A DNA stretch of 64,000 bases from assembly GCF_964204645.1 (NCBI RefSeq), contig NC_134030.1, positions 10,071,222 through 10,135,221 on the forward strand. Direction: 5' to 3'. The position numbers and the translations under genes are program-made. Below the pieces are notes generated by a model that ran no database searches, was not told the origin of the DNA, and saw nothing but the letters and a program-made list of their open reading frames with translations. How positions within the stretch are numbered: position 1 is the first letter of the stretch; each line of letters starts with the position of its first letter. The stretch is from Tubulanus polymorphus (lineage: Eukaryota; Animalia; Nemertea). Shown here one piece after another: positions 36,630-50,500 of this stretch.

Positions 36630-37898
36630 GCTTTTCTTCATCGTCGATTTTTTCCTTCTATTGAATGATTTTTGCTAATTTGAAGTGTCATCCTATTGCC
36701 GGCGTTGCAACAATGGTGGTTGAGTTCGAACCCCACTTAAATTGACGGCGTTTCCGCAGTTTTGAATCGGAGCGGTCCCCGCTATGTTTTCAGCATTGCC
36801 ACTGAGTTTGTAATTCAGGTGGCCTGAACTCTGCCTTACTCTGCCTTAGTGTTAGGACGATAGATAATTCTCATCTTATACAAGGTGCGCGCGGTCTATT
36901 AGTAGCCCGGATCAGTAGAACAACGCGGTCTCAACCAAACACGCGTGCTCATCGACGGTTTACTTCGCTCTTCATACTTGGCTTTTCGCGTGAAGAGCAG
37001 TGATGCTGGGACCCTAAATTTACCAAGACTCGGAGACTGAGACGCACCATATTGATCACTATTCCTCGAGTCCCTTGACAATTAGAGGCGATCGCTAAAA
37101 TGTTCTATTTGCGTCTTACTTCCTTAAATGGCAAATCTTAAGCGAAACCTTGATGTTGTCCGAATAAGAAAAAACTCACTCTATATCATCTATGTTTTAT
37201 TGGATTCGGCAATACGCGTGGTTATAATGTTTGCAGTCCTCTGCTCCAAACTATACACATAATGTGTGATTTACCGGACACGACGCGTGAAATGGAGCGT
37301 GTAAATGAACACGGTTTTAGTTTGCGCAAGAAAACGTCACATTTCACATGATTTATCGAGTTGCGGAAAAATGCCATTATAAACACATTCGGTGTACGTG
37401 ACGCCGTGATAATGTAGTTTTTTTGCCCGTCAATTGGGGACTTGTCATACGCGCAGACAATACAATTTCCCAGGCAATGTAATAGGCATGCAGATTTCCA
37501 CATCAGCTGTCTATTTCTCAAAAAAGTTATCCGTTTCTCATTTTTTTGGGTCAAAATATTCACATTCACCAGACCTGTTTGAATTCCGCTTGTATTGTAT
37601 TGCCCATGTGTTAAAGGCGCGTGGATGCGACAGGGGCAAGTTTTATGGACTCTGGTATCAACTCTAACCTTGGTACTTATTTAATTCAATTTTAATCGGG
37701 TCAATTCCTGGTTTAGTCTTCTAAAACCAGTCGCACGGTCGTGAATTAAGCTCAAAAGTGGTGTTAAAGTATTTAGACTGCACTTAAGTTGTTAGAGGTT
37801 GACTGTAGAACTAACTCAGACTGGTCTTAAATCGAAGACTAACTAATCGAAGAACTAACTCAGACTGGTCTTAAATCATACTGTGCAACTGGCCCTAA

Positions 37899-38140
37899 GG
37901 GCGAACTTCGGTTTTCGCCACTGGACTAGTGGTCGGAACTAATGATTGATATTATTATATTAACTTAATTATTATACTAACGTATTTCACAGCGTCGGCC
38001 ATCTTGGAAGTAGGTCGGAACTGCAGCGACTGTGCTCAATTACGCGGTCGACCATTTCCGGACCATATTTCCGACTAACTGACATTCGGTTTCGTTTAGT
38101 TCGACTATAGTTGACTGACTCCGAAAACCAAAGTTCGCCC
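37899..38140. mobile_element. MITE with TIR GGGCGAACTT(C/T)GGTTTTCG
   Basis: gggcgaacttcggttttcg ... cgaaaaccaaagttcgccc. Confidence 0.8.
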
Positions 38141-39902
38141 TGTCTACATCGCCCTATAAAATAAATCCCTTGTGCGTATGGCAGATATTTTGTACGAGGA
38201 GATCGAGTTATACACAGATCACAACAAGCGTTATATCATGACGATAAAAAATAACTCAATACCCGATATATACATTGAGTTTATAATGAGTTTCTTTTGT
38301 TTCACTCTCCCTGACATTTCCGTCTATATCAATTTTTCATCTGGCGCTTTCCGTGTTTTTTGTTTCTGAAGAATTGTGAAGCGATGTGCACTTAGGCACC
38401 CGAAATTAATAATGCATTGCACGATACCGTTGTTACTGGCAAAACTCGATTAAATCGCGTGAATTAGTGCCTTGTTTCGGTTACGTAGTTTTAATTCGCT
38501 CGAAAATGTGACGACGCACGATTCTTTCCATGGAGACGCGACTAATTCCCTCGACGGTTCTGATACCCCAGAGCCGATTTAATTGAGGCATCAAAGTTCG
38601 TTGAGAGTAACCTAGTTATCGAAGCGAAATGTGAAATGTAAGACATTGATTTATGAATTCTTTCGTCGAGGTAAAAACGTTTCTACGATTGAATATTCAC
38701 CGGCAACCAGTCTAACTAGGCTAGCCCCGATATTGATGACGTAGGGCACATCCATTCAGAATCCACCATCAAAAAGACACGAAAATTTATCGCATAGAAA
38801 ATAAAAATCATGAAATTTATTTAGTTACAAAATAAACGCCAGTATATATTTGTTATTTTGAAACGTCATTATTATTGTACATCGACTCACACAGAACCCC
38901 AATTTCAACGATGTATAAAAACATAATTGTAACGGTTTTTACGGAGCCAGAAACACGTAGTTGGAAGGAAATTGACTTTTTGTGTGAATGCGTATATCAG
39001 CGATTGTTGTACCACCGATCATTAGCTAAGATCAAGGAACTCTTAAAGATGTTGACGTGGCTACTTCATCCACTACGAACTGACAGTCCTCGATTCTAAC
39101 GAATAATAACATTATCAACCACGTACCTGGAAGTGTATAAAATGCTTTTGCGATTCGTTAGGCATGGGATTATCAATATAGAAGACTTTATCTGATAATT
39201 CAATTTACTGGGAAAATGAGTTCGTTAAACAGTGCACATCTCGGTTGCGAATTGCACCGCCATGTAATAAATCGATATTCACTTTTCTTGTTTGTCTGGT
39301 AACTTATATAGGCCAGCTCTCTTTTATGAAAGGTGACAATAAACTAACTTATCATGATACAATATTTTATTACGTGCGATACCGTTCGTAAAGGTTATTC
39401 GGATCTTTCTGAATGTGTGCATATCACGAGAAGCGCTTATGACTTCTATCTTAACATATTGAAACTGAACGAATACAAATATTAAATACAATATCGTGTG
39501 AAGTAGATTCAGGCGGCAATATTTTGCTACTGCATACGTGGGAATTGGGGGGGGGGGGGAAACTCGCAGTACAGGTGCACGAATGTCATTTTTTCCGATA
39601 ATATGTCGACACGCGCACTCGTCAGACCCTTATAATTCCATTACGGGCGCTTAAGTACCGAAATTCAACGAACATTTAGGGCGCTTATGTCGGCCGTAAT
39701 TCACACAGATTCCATTACTCAACAAACGACAGGAGATAGATAGCGCCGTTATGTTATAATGAAAATACTGAAGTGAACTATCGAAGCAAACCTTCTATCG
39801 AATCCCGAATTTTCGCGAAAGAAAAAATCTACGCACAACCCCGACTTTTTTCCGTAATATTCAAATGTTGAATACATTCGAAAATTTCATATATTTTCAT
39901 AG

Positions 39903-39932
39903 GTACCAAGACCACCGTTGGATCAGTTTTAG
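39903..39932 (+). CDS. Probable terminal coding exon of the PAN-domain gene (VPRPPLDQF*), giving about 122 aa
   Basis: Acceptor attttcatag at 39893-39902, phase 0. Possible 3' UTR intron at about 39978-40056 and AATAAA near 40331. Other acceptors in the 8.7-kb gap are not excluded. Confidence 0.4.
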   Translation, partial: VPRPPLDQF

Positions 39933-40654
39933 CATCATCAACGCCTAAGACCACGTACTATTCATATTAGTCACTTAGTGAGTAGAACCGCTTAGTCGTC
40001 GGCGCAATAGTAACCTTAACAAAAACTTAAGATTTTAGATTTTAACTATGTTTCAGGAATAGACGACGTCTCAACTCTATTTTGAAATGATCTTTGTGTT
40101 GTGGGAGTGAAGATCAGCAAACCATCACGTCTTCGTCAAAGAGGGAAGCAAAATGAATGGATGCACGGCCAAATTTAAGAAAAATCTTCTGCATTAAATT
40201 GAGCGATTTCGTCGGGAATTCTAAAAGGGAGTCGCGAAAAATGTATAATTCTGTACTCAACTTTATGTGTTCAGTTATCAACTAATGATTGCTTTTGTGG
40301 TTATATACTAACCTCGAAAAATTGTTATGAAATAAATATTTTCTTTACCATTCTCCGCACCAAGATAATCTTTCCTAGTTCAGGAGACCCGTTTATGAAT
40401 ATGAAACGCTAGCGATAAACTACGGGGATCTTTAAGCCCTAAACGTAATTTACTCGAACTTCCGATTTTCTGGACGAAGTCTCTCGATCATTGGCGCTCT
40501 TGTTATGATCAACAATCTTACAGTTCAATTCAATTTTCTTTTATTGATCGCACATATGTATTAAATTAGAATTCATTTATCACTATTGATTGTTGAGTTT
40601 ACGAGTTTACTTGAACAGATTAAAATAAAAGAAACTTACTTGAAAGTTTACTGA

Positions 40655-41035
40655 CGCCTTGAAAAATAACACATACATTGCTTGTCGACTATGAATAACA
40701 TCATGATATCATAATATGAATTTTATATAATTGAGGAACAATAAAGTTATTTTGAATTTTGATATATCGATAATTGAATCGAATTGACCGGCAACCAGTC
40801 TAGCCATTATATATTGATGACGTAGTGCACATCCTCGAAAAAGATAATCACTTCAATTTATCAAAAATAAAATAGAAGTCATGAAACATGATTAACGCCA
40901 AAATTCATTATTTTGATTGTTATTTTGAAACGCCAATACTGATGACGTAATGCGCTTCGAATCACACAGTACCCCCTTATATAACGCATACTAGGTATCA
41001 ATGTATATAAACATTTATTCTATCGATTTTGCGGT
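40655..41035 (+). repeat. Dispersed repeat of about 400 bp (other copies 14310-14539, 32010-32230, 38640-38945, and inverted at 48795-49180)
   Basis: Shared blocks attgatgacgtagtgcacatcc, ttattttgaaacgcc and cacagaaccccttatataacgcatactaggtat. Class not determined. Confidence 0.75.
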
Positions 41036-41804
41036 GTCAAAAACACGGGAATTAGATCATTGAAATGCGAGTGGTAAACAATATTGCTAATGAATATACT
41101 AAATTAGACATGACATGCTATGATGCAGAGTAGGTGATATTTCTAAAACTGGGAGAATAGTGTGTGCGCAATAGTGATACTGGCAGTGTGATTGCGCACG
41201 TCTTGTTTGTCCGGTACTAAATCGTGAAATTTCTGTCTGCTTTACTCGACGAAGTCTCAATGGTCTATGGAAATCTTGTTTGATGATTACATGTTCTACA
41301 AATGCAATTATCTTTTAAATAAACATACATGCACGCCTAAATAACCTTGACGTTGTCGATTTCATTTTTGTTTTACGATTCTAAGGCTCTCCAAGCAGTA
41401 GAGAATAACGAATATTCGATTTTTGATAAAGTAGGGAACAAGTGTGAAATTTTCCGATTTAAAAATGCACGCAAAAATGAACTGATTTCAACAACTGTGT
41501 CCTGGGGCGGGCGCAGGAAAACCCAGTTGGCCTATCCGTTGTTAGGCTAACCAGCTTGAGATAAGAGGCCGCACGAAAACAATGGTTAGCTAACAGCGAT
41601 TTCCTGCGCCAATTTACGCCTAACCACAGTTTGCTAACAATGATTAGCATTAACAGGGTTTCCCTGCACCCGCCCCTGGGTGTGAAGCCGACATTGATTT
41701 AGAACTTGATGATTCGGTCGACTATTAGGGATTAACATTAGCAACGCTTGGGTGGATCGGAAGCTGGAAAATTCCTTGGCCTAACGAGGGATGTGTGTGT
41801 CCTA

Positions 41805-42048
41805 CAGGGCCGTCGGAACAGGGGCGGCAGGGGCGGCCGAAGCCGCCCCACTTTTTTGCTTAACAAAATTGTTTTCAAAAGCACGCTGTACCGCGTAGCA
41901 GCTCGTCGTTCTCTGTACTCTGTGGTTGGCTCACGATTTCTCATGCTTCTGTGAATGAGACCGTGAAATGGCCCCAAAACGCATCTCCGGCGATTGAATT
42001 TTCAAAATTTTTCTAGGGGATGGCCCCAGCCCCCTTCAGACGGCTCTG
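41805..42048. mobile_element. MITE with TIR CAG(G/A)GCCGTC and an apparent 5-bp TCCTA duplication
   Basis: tccta|cagggccgtcggaa ... ttcagacggctctg|tccta. Confidence 0.6.
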
Positions 42049-42211
42049 TCCTATCATGAACCTCATCAGAACGAATTGCATTCCCGAAAGCGTGAGAAAC
42101 GAACGACTAACAAACAACCGATACAGTGACTATCGGTTCCGTCTCTTGTATCATCCAGCAGATGGCGAGTGAGTGACACCGCAAAGCCGAGCAGACGCGC
42201 AATCCAGGATA

Positions 42212-42219
42212 TGACGTCA
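42212..42219. promoter_or_regulatory. Palindromic CRE (TGACGTCA) upstream of the putative first non-coding exon of the ENT4 gene
   Basis: atgacgtcat at 42211-42220 in a CpG-rich patch. Donor gag|gtacgt at 42447/8 and acceptor ttttcag at 44146 define a probable 5' UTR intron. Confidence 0.4.
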
Positions 42220-43093
42220 TTCGCAACGCGTTGACAACACGAACAGTAACAACATATACTCATCACAAGCAGCTTTAGCGCGGGATTCCAGATTATTATT
42301 AGGAATCGATAGCAATGAATCGATGTAGCGTGCGCGCTGTAAGCAGATTTGGCCTGGTCTCCTATATTACATTAGCTGCAACACACACTGTATCAGACAG
42401 ACGCGTATTATCTAGAAGATGGACTTGTGAAATGACGGCAAATTGAGGTACGTTTATAATTGTTCGTCCGCATTATGTAGAACTATTGAAAGCCGTTCCA
42501 TTTCGAATTTGGTTTTTTATATGTATACAAAATGAATGGTTCTTTTCATGGAGCAACAACCGCGTCCATATCTGAATCGCCTATTGGTCATCAATAGATG
42601 CCAAAGTATCGACGGATAAGTCGATCATACCAACACACAATCTGGCATATATACGGCTGCAAAGCAAAGCAGTGTCATTAATAATTCCATCATTTCACGC
42701 CATACGGTTTAACATCATTGATCGAAAATTCATCGTCGTCTATCGATATGTTGCTCTAGCACGTTAGATATGCATGATATATCTGGTGACATGAAATTGC
42801 AGATTTATTCAAGAACCGCATTAGACACGGGCATCGAACTACAAACAGTTCTTCTAGAAATGAAGTTCCATTAAACAGAAACACCATAATGGACACATTT
42901 TGGTATCATTCGAAAGCTTCGATCGTATCTTGGCTCCTTAAACCATGATACAAAGCCTTCGAATGTTACCAGATTTGTCCACATGATATGTGTTGAGTAG
43001 AAGTAGTATGTAGTGCCCGTCTGTGTTCATGGTGTATGGGATGTCTGAAGAACCCTCTAATCGCTTTCACCAGAGCGATTTTTGGTTTTCATA

Positions 43094-43424
43094 AGCCGTG
43101 ATCACACGGATACAATTTGGCCAGGGCCAAATTTGGCCCGTGCCTTATTAGAGAGCGCGTTCACACGCAAACCATTCACTCGATACTAAACAATGCTCAA
43201 ACAAAGCGGAGTTGATTATTTACGGTGCCATGCAGTTGCAATTCAAACGCAATCATTTGTCTGGTGCTAAAATCTGGCTCGGGCTTGGTCCGACGTTTTT
43301 GGTCGGGCCAGATTTGGCCTGGGCCAAACAGGCTCGGGCCCATTTGACACCCGTGTGAACAGTTGTTCCATGAAAAGTTGTGCCAAATTTGGCTCGGGCC
43401 AAAAATGCTCGTGTGATAGCGGCT
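43094..43424. mobile_element. Harbinger-like MITE nested in a GGGCGAACTT-family MITE (43072-43672)
   Basis: ata|agccgtgatcacacg ... cgtgtgatagcggct|ata, with internal repeats of tggc(c/t)cgggcca. Confidence 0.7.
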
Positions 43425-44558
43425 ATAGTTATTCGACTAGTGGTCGGAACTAATGACCGAATGGACTATAGCTCGGTCATAACGTAACGTAATGTTGGCC
43501 ATCTTGGAACTGGGCCCGAAATACTGCGACCGCGCTCAATTCCGGACCATAGTTCTGACCAACCTACGAGCAATCAACTCAACTAGTGTTGAGATGATTA
43601 CTCGTAGGACTAGATTTTCGGTCGGTTTCGTTTGACTATAGTCGACTAACTCCGACTAACCAAAGTTCGCCCGTGTATTGAGTACACAGGGAAAGTGATG
43701 ATCTCTGTTTGTACCTAAGTCGTCTATTTAGAGCAGAGGTTAGCAACGAAAGCATCATTATTATACCATCGTCAAAAAACCCCCATGATGAACAAAATGA
43801 AATGTCGATCTGTCAACTCATTACGGTGGACGATGATCCGAATACACAAAATGAAATTTCATTGAGTGGCTCCTCAACACAGGACCCCTTCAATCATTTA
43901 TTAATGCTTTGATTTTTTTCGGACATTGGCTGTGCACGCACGTATCAACGAATCGTGTACATCAAGTTCGTATTTCAATGCCGTGTTCGCTCGCATTAAG
44001 AGACTAATCTCCAGATTATAACGTTCTAATGTTCGGATTTCTTACACAACATATTGATTAGTGAACGTCTTTGCGTGTCACTGGTTGAAGAGATGATATA
44101 CCACATTCTATATTCATAGTGACCATACGCAGTTTACTATTTTCAGAAAGACTCAATGTGATCGCTAGAAGAAGCCGGCCACTCGTTTAATTAAAAAGAC
44201 GTGGAGATTTCCGCGACCGTCGAGAGATACGGAAACTACGGGAAGAGCTTATAGAAGAGCTCGCAATTTATTCAAAACCGCGTTGAAAGGATACAGCGAT
44301 GGAATCTATAGCAAGCATCTGCATAATAGCTTCCCAACTGAACTATCTTCGGTTCAAAATGTACGTGGATGCAGCCCGATTAATGACAATCAAAATCGAT
44401 ATAAATCAAATATCTTATTAAGACGCCGCGGACTCTAACAGTTTGAGCATCGCCAGTGACGGCGAGTACACCATCGCCTTTCTCAGACATCGAGTACAAC
44501 GCAACCCGATATAGATTGGAAATTGACGGGATCTAATCTGTCCTGAACATATCAGAGT

Positions 44559-47500
44559 ATGGATGCGAATTTGACCCGCGGATATTTCCAGATCGGAAAT
44601 GCCAACAAATCTGGCTCGACGTCGAACACGCGGAACAGTCTGCCGCCTTTGCCTCCGCGTGATCCTTGCGGGTGTATATACCTAGCGCTACTGCTTGCCG
44701 GAGCGGGATTTTTGTTGCCGTATAACAGCTTCATCACGGCGGTCGACTATTTCCAGGGCAAATACCCGGGAAGCACGATCGTTTTCGACATGAGCATCAC
44801 GTACATCGTGGTGGCTTTCATTAGCGTATGCGTTAACAACGTTCTCGTCGAGACGTTTTCGCTGACGACGAGAATCACTTTCGGCTACGTCGTTTCGTTT
44901 CTGATGCTGACAGTGGTGACAATTTGTGAAATATGGCTGGAGGTATTCAGCCACAGCGTCGCCTACACTATTAATCTGATAGCCGTGGCGGTGGTCGCTC
45001 TCGGCTGTACTGGTAAGTCATCTCCCTCAAAGACGACAATTTTGGAATTAGTTCCTCAATAGTAAGTCACGGTACCCTGTACGTATTTGCCTTGCCTGGC
45101 CGACCTAAAGTAGAATCACTCATGTTTCAAGCAGATAATCTAATCACGATCGGAAAACTTGTAGATAATGTGAATTTATATAATCATATGAAAAACGAAG
45201 GCGTATACGAAAAGCCTTAAGCTTTGTACATGATTAAAAACGAGCAATTTCATGAGCTATTGAATAAAACCATGAAAATTGAGATCGGCAAAGTTGTCTT
45301 AAAATTACCTCTCTCGAGTACGGCAAATTGATGTTGCCGAGGTGTCGATTCGATGGGTGCGCTCAACGTCAAAGAGCTCTCGGCAACGAATTACGAGACC
45401 CACTCTCGCGAGATCCTGTGAGGTATAGTGACGACGTTTTAGCGCGCAAAATAGATTTATGCTGCAGATAAGTCGCTAATTTCCGATTTCACGGCGGTAT
45501 ACCGACAGTCTACAGATAGAAATTCGCCGACTTAATCACCATATAAGAATACTAATTATTCTTGACGCGTTTCGGCTTTCGGGGTAGTGAGAAAGTGAAA
45601 ATATCCCGCGATGATACTGTGTTTTCTAACGTTGGAAAATGAAAATATATAACCCAACCATCAGATGATTCTGTTACCTGTATTCATAAGATCAGAAATG
45701 CATAATCTTAGGTTTAATTTACTTCATGGCCATTGCTCGGCACATAGTTAAAGTCTCACCCACTCTACATGGCTCGGGGTTTATGAGAACTCACTTTACC
45801 TTCTAGGTTTATTGCTCCATAATAAGTAAATATATTACGAGCAGCACAGATATAACAGTATATTCAATTACAACTTCAGTGACCAGATGGCTTTAAACAC
45901 AGAACACCCGCCTAGCCGTAGCCGTAGACGAATTCCAAAAACCGTTGACAAATTGAAGGCATATAAGCAATAACCATACTGGGACACCGTGTCCCTCAGC
46001 ATGGCACAAGCTGCCTTCTTGTGCGTATTCAGTACGTGGAACTAATGGATATCGGTCTGGTGGGAGTTCTCTTTTGCCAGTGTAGACTCGGAAAAATATT
46101 CATATCGTTAAGAAACATAATACGGTTAACTGAGATAAGAAACAAAGATATTCCCTTCGCGTTGAGCGTCGCGGCTTTCAAAATGCAATGCGCTCTCTTG
46201 GTCTCCTCGTCGAGAAAACAAACGCAAAATCGTCGCATAAGTTAATTCCGGTTCATTTTTCGTTGCAGTTCAGCAGTCCAGTTTCTATGGTTACACCAGT
46301 ATGCTACCCAGACGATACACTCAAGCAGTGATGACAGGCGAGAGTAAGTTTGTCAATTTTCATATACGCGTATCTCGAGGAAGAAAATGGATACTATATT
46401 CGAATGTACTTGAATACGGGAGAAAACCACGTGTGTTCTTGAAACTTGATGGATGTGCGTCCATATACCTGAGTGGCATTTCATTCAAAACTTAAGTCAT
46501 TATCCGACGATATATCTCTTCGTTCCGCGACGTAAGCCTCGTCGTTAGTTGCAATTTTTGGTTCCCGTAGTCCAATGAAGTTGGAAAGCCACTGCCTGTT
46601 GGTGGTAGAAATTACTGTCATAACGTAGTGTTCATAAACATGCCCATCCTGACCCGATAGAACTATTTGATCCGCTGTCTACCTCAGAAAGCGCAGGGCG
46701 TACCCAGGAGTTTCACAGGGTTCACTGAATCGCCCTAAATATTTAAGAGGTCCTTTCTTCGGATAATTGGATACCGGCAACACCAAAACACTACAAAACG
46801 CCACAAAATACTAGGTTATTTGTCGCGACAAATCAATTAATTTTCAATGAAATTTGAACTAGCTTTTTCAGCTTCCAAATGCGAAAATTATCAAACGAGT
46901 CATCGAATATACTCGACTCGAATCTGATCGAAATTTAAAAGAAATTGAAGCGCGGTAACCCGTTTCCGCTAGCGATCCTTGCGGATTATCGCCGATTACT
47001 CGCTTCCCTCGGTGGCCTTGTCGGTGTCCAATCGTCTTAACGCACAAAAGGATGGCTCCAGTATTACTTTACGATAGCAAGAGCGCCATAATAGTTTGTC
47101 TTGTAACCTGAAACTGTTAATAGTATTTTCTCTTGATAGTTTATCTTGCTTTACGTCAATCAGATCTTTATTTTCCAAGACTAACCCTGTATAATTCTTT
47201 ATGATTTCTACAGGCGCGGCTGGATTGTTAGTGTCGGTGAATCGAATCGTCACGAAATTGTTGCTTCGCGACGAGAAAATCAACACGATAATCTTCTTCA
47301 TGCTGTCCATATTAATCGTCTGGATGTGTTTCATCGTATTCCACGTCACCAGACGCACGCAATTCGTCCGCTTTTACGTCAGCGTCTGCGAAAGCGCCGG
47401 CGTAGCAGACGACCAGCGCGGAATGACCACTTCCGGTGCAAATCCGGAGGAAGTAAGCTTAGTAAGATATTCTAGTGTGTTCTCAGCACGACAAACTTAA

Positions 47501-50500
47501 TTTTTCGTTTAATTTTTTCTTTACGGTGTACTCGAGTTATCATTGGTGAATTGGTTTCATTTCTAATCATCCCAATAGAACGGCCGTTTCGTTTTTCCAC
47601 GTGTTTGGAAATTCGAAAAAGAACTTCTTAGAATTTTCTCGTCGGTGGCAAAACATACTAAATCAAAATGCCAATAGATTGTTTCGATGTGCATTCCTCT
47701 TTTGTTGTGATCGCGGTAAAAATAAATACAATACCTCCATGATCTAGGACCCGGTTCCATAGTCCTGAGTTAAGATTTGACTCGGAGTTAGTTACGTTAA
47801 CTCATTGTACATGAACTAATTTTCACTCAGAGTTAACTCAACACTGTGGAAATGGATCCAGTTCCGCTGTGTTGTTGGTCGAGATTTGACCTTAGGGTTT
47901 AAACATCGCGGAAATGAACTAAGTCGTAACTCTATAGAGTCGAACTTACCCGACGTCTGGAACTGGATCCAGGATGTTCCGTTTCGCGCACGCTTCTTGT
48001 TGTGAGTAGAATTTATTTTCAATATAATCATGAAATAGACTGTCGGATGTATATTCGATGATTCGATGTCAGTTGATATCGTCGATTTAATTCATTCAAC
48101 CCAGGCAGAGTTGTCGCATTTTTTCATCATAGCTTATAATCGGTGATCTACTAATGCTGTAATTTTCAAGGAGCTGCTTGTGGCTACTGAAGTACTTAAG
48201 CTTTCAATCCGCCAAAATACAGAAACTTAAGCTTAATTTTGTTGTAATCTTCTATTTCTGTTAGGGATTACAGATATTTTTAAAAGGGTCGCAGATTCTT
48301 AGGGGGTTGGAAAGGGGTGGCCGTCCCACTAATACCTGTGTTGGAGAACACTATAATTTATGCCATACCTTGTACAGGTTGATATAATCGACACGGCTAC
48401 GCAAAAGGACGGCTATGGAGTACTGGAAATCACATCGCCCGGTTCAACGCCGACCCAGGACACCAAATTCAATAACATCCCGCAATGCCAGATACAATCG
48501 ACGTCACCGTCGGTTAGCTGTATCCAGCCGAATACGAATACCGAAGTTACGTTCGACAACGAAGTTAGAGTCCAATGTCAAGGAAAATCCTACAAGAAAC
48601 ACATTTCTCTCTGGGATTCTATCAAACGTACGTTGTTAAGACCTCGACTCTACACGAGGTTAATTTGTAGACAAATTCACCGTGCTTTTCTTATGTATTA
48701 TCTTTAGATTTAATTTCGAGATTTGATTTTGAATTTCATCCGCAAATTTCGACTCAAATTGCAGGCGTACGTGTCCGTAGTAATTGCATTTACACCGTAA
48801 AAACCAGTCCAATAATGTTTATCAACATTGATACCTAGTATGCGTTACATAAGGGTTTCTGTGTGAGTCGATGTGCACTACGTCATCAATATCGGCATTT
48901 CAAAATTACAATTACATTTGTGAATTTTGGCATTGATTTTGTAATCAAATATATTTCATAACTCTTAAATTATTTTTGATAATTATTTTGGATAGGATGT
49001 GCACTACGTCACCAATATATCGGGATTAGACTGGTTGCCGGTGAATTCAATTCTATTCATCGATATATTCAAATCCAAGAATAACTTCGTTGATCTTTTT
49101 TATTGTCGACAATAGTTAGTATTACTGTATATGTATTATTTTTCAATGCGTCGATAAACTTTTAAGCTAGTTTTCTTGTTCTACTTGCAGACGGTGTTCT
49201 AATGCGACACTACGTATCACGAAACATCTGGCCGTACATGGTATCAATTGCTGCTGCGTATCTGGTGACGCTGAGCCTTTTCCCGGGCATAGAATCTGAG
49301 ATAATCAGTTGTCGCTTGGGTAGTTGGATGCCCGTAATTCTGATGGCCGCATTCAACTTGGCTGACTTTATAGGAAAGGTAGATGACCTTGGATTATTAG
49401 GGTATTAATACATGGGCGAATCTAGGGGGGGTGCGCACCGAAAATAGGGCATATCTTATAATTGAAATGGCACCACGAAAGAAACCTCATAGGAAAACAT
49501 TACCATAAACTCATTTTTGGGAAAACAATGAAGAGGCTTATGAATTTAAACTTTTAGGCATCATTTTGATATTTTTCATTCACTCATAAAACGTAATGGT
49601 AACTTAACACTTTTAGGTGGTGGGGTGCGCACCCCCGCACCCTCCCATTGGATCCGCCGCTTGTATATACTTTCAATTTTATATTTTTCAATCATTCCTA
49701 TATATTCATCCTTATTTCAGATAATCGCCGCTGTGCCGTATGACTGGCCACCCGGACGACTTCTTCTGTTTTCCGTATTGAGAATACTCATCGTGCCGTT
49801 AATGATGCTGTGCGCCGCTCCTAGGAAAACTCCGCTCCTACAACACGAAGCCTGGCCGATACTCTTCTCTGCCGTTCTCGGCCTGAGCAACGGGTACTTC
49901 GGCAGCGTACCGATGATCATAGCGCCCTCTAGAGTACCAGACGACCAAAAGGAACTAACGGGCAAGTACATTTATCGGATACTCCAGGATCTAGATCTAC
50001 AGTTCTGTTTGAGTTAAATTTGACTCTAGGGTTGAAACTTCGAATGTGAATTAATTCTAACTTTTAGAATATGAATTAATGTTAACTCTGAGAATATGAA
50101 TTAATTCTAACTCAGAGTCAACTCTAACTCACAACTGTGGAACCGGTTCCAGGTGACAATCCCTATCCAGGATATGAGGCTTCGGATACTCCCTGTTGTG
50201 AGATGACTTACTATTTTCCTATGATGAGGAATCAGTGATTGATTTCACCGCAAACTACTCCCATTTACAATTTGTGGCTTAATAAAGTGGAACCTCGTCA
50301 TACGATGAACTTCAGGCCTGACACTTGTAAATATGTTCGTTACAACCGATAGTTCGTTATATCCAGGATGATATAAAAATCTTCCTATTTTGGACGAAAT
50401 CTAGGTCCGTAATAGCCACCGATAAATCGTTTTATCCGAGGTCGTTATAACGAGGTTCCACTGATCATATTCCATTAGTCCGATCTAAAATGAAAAGGCC

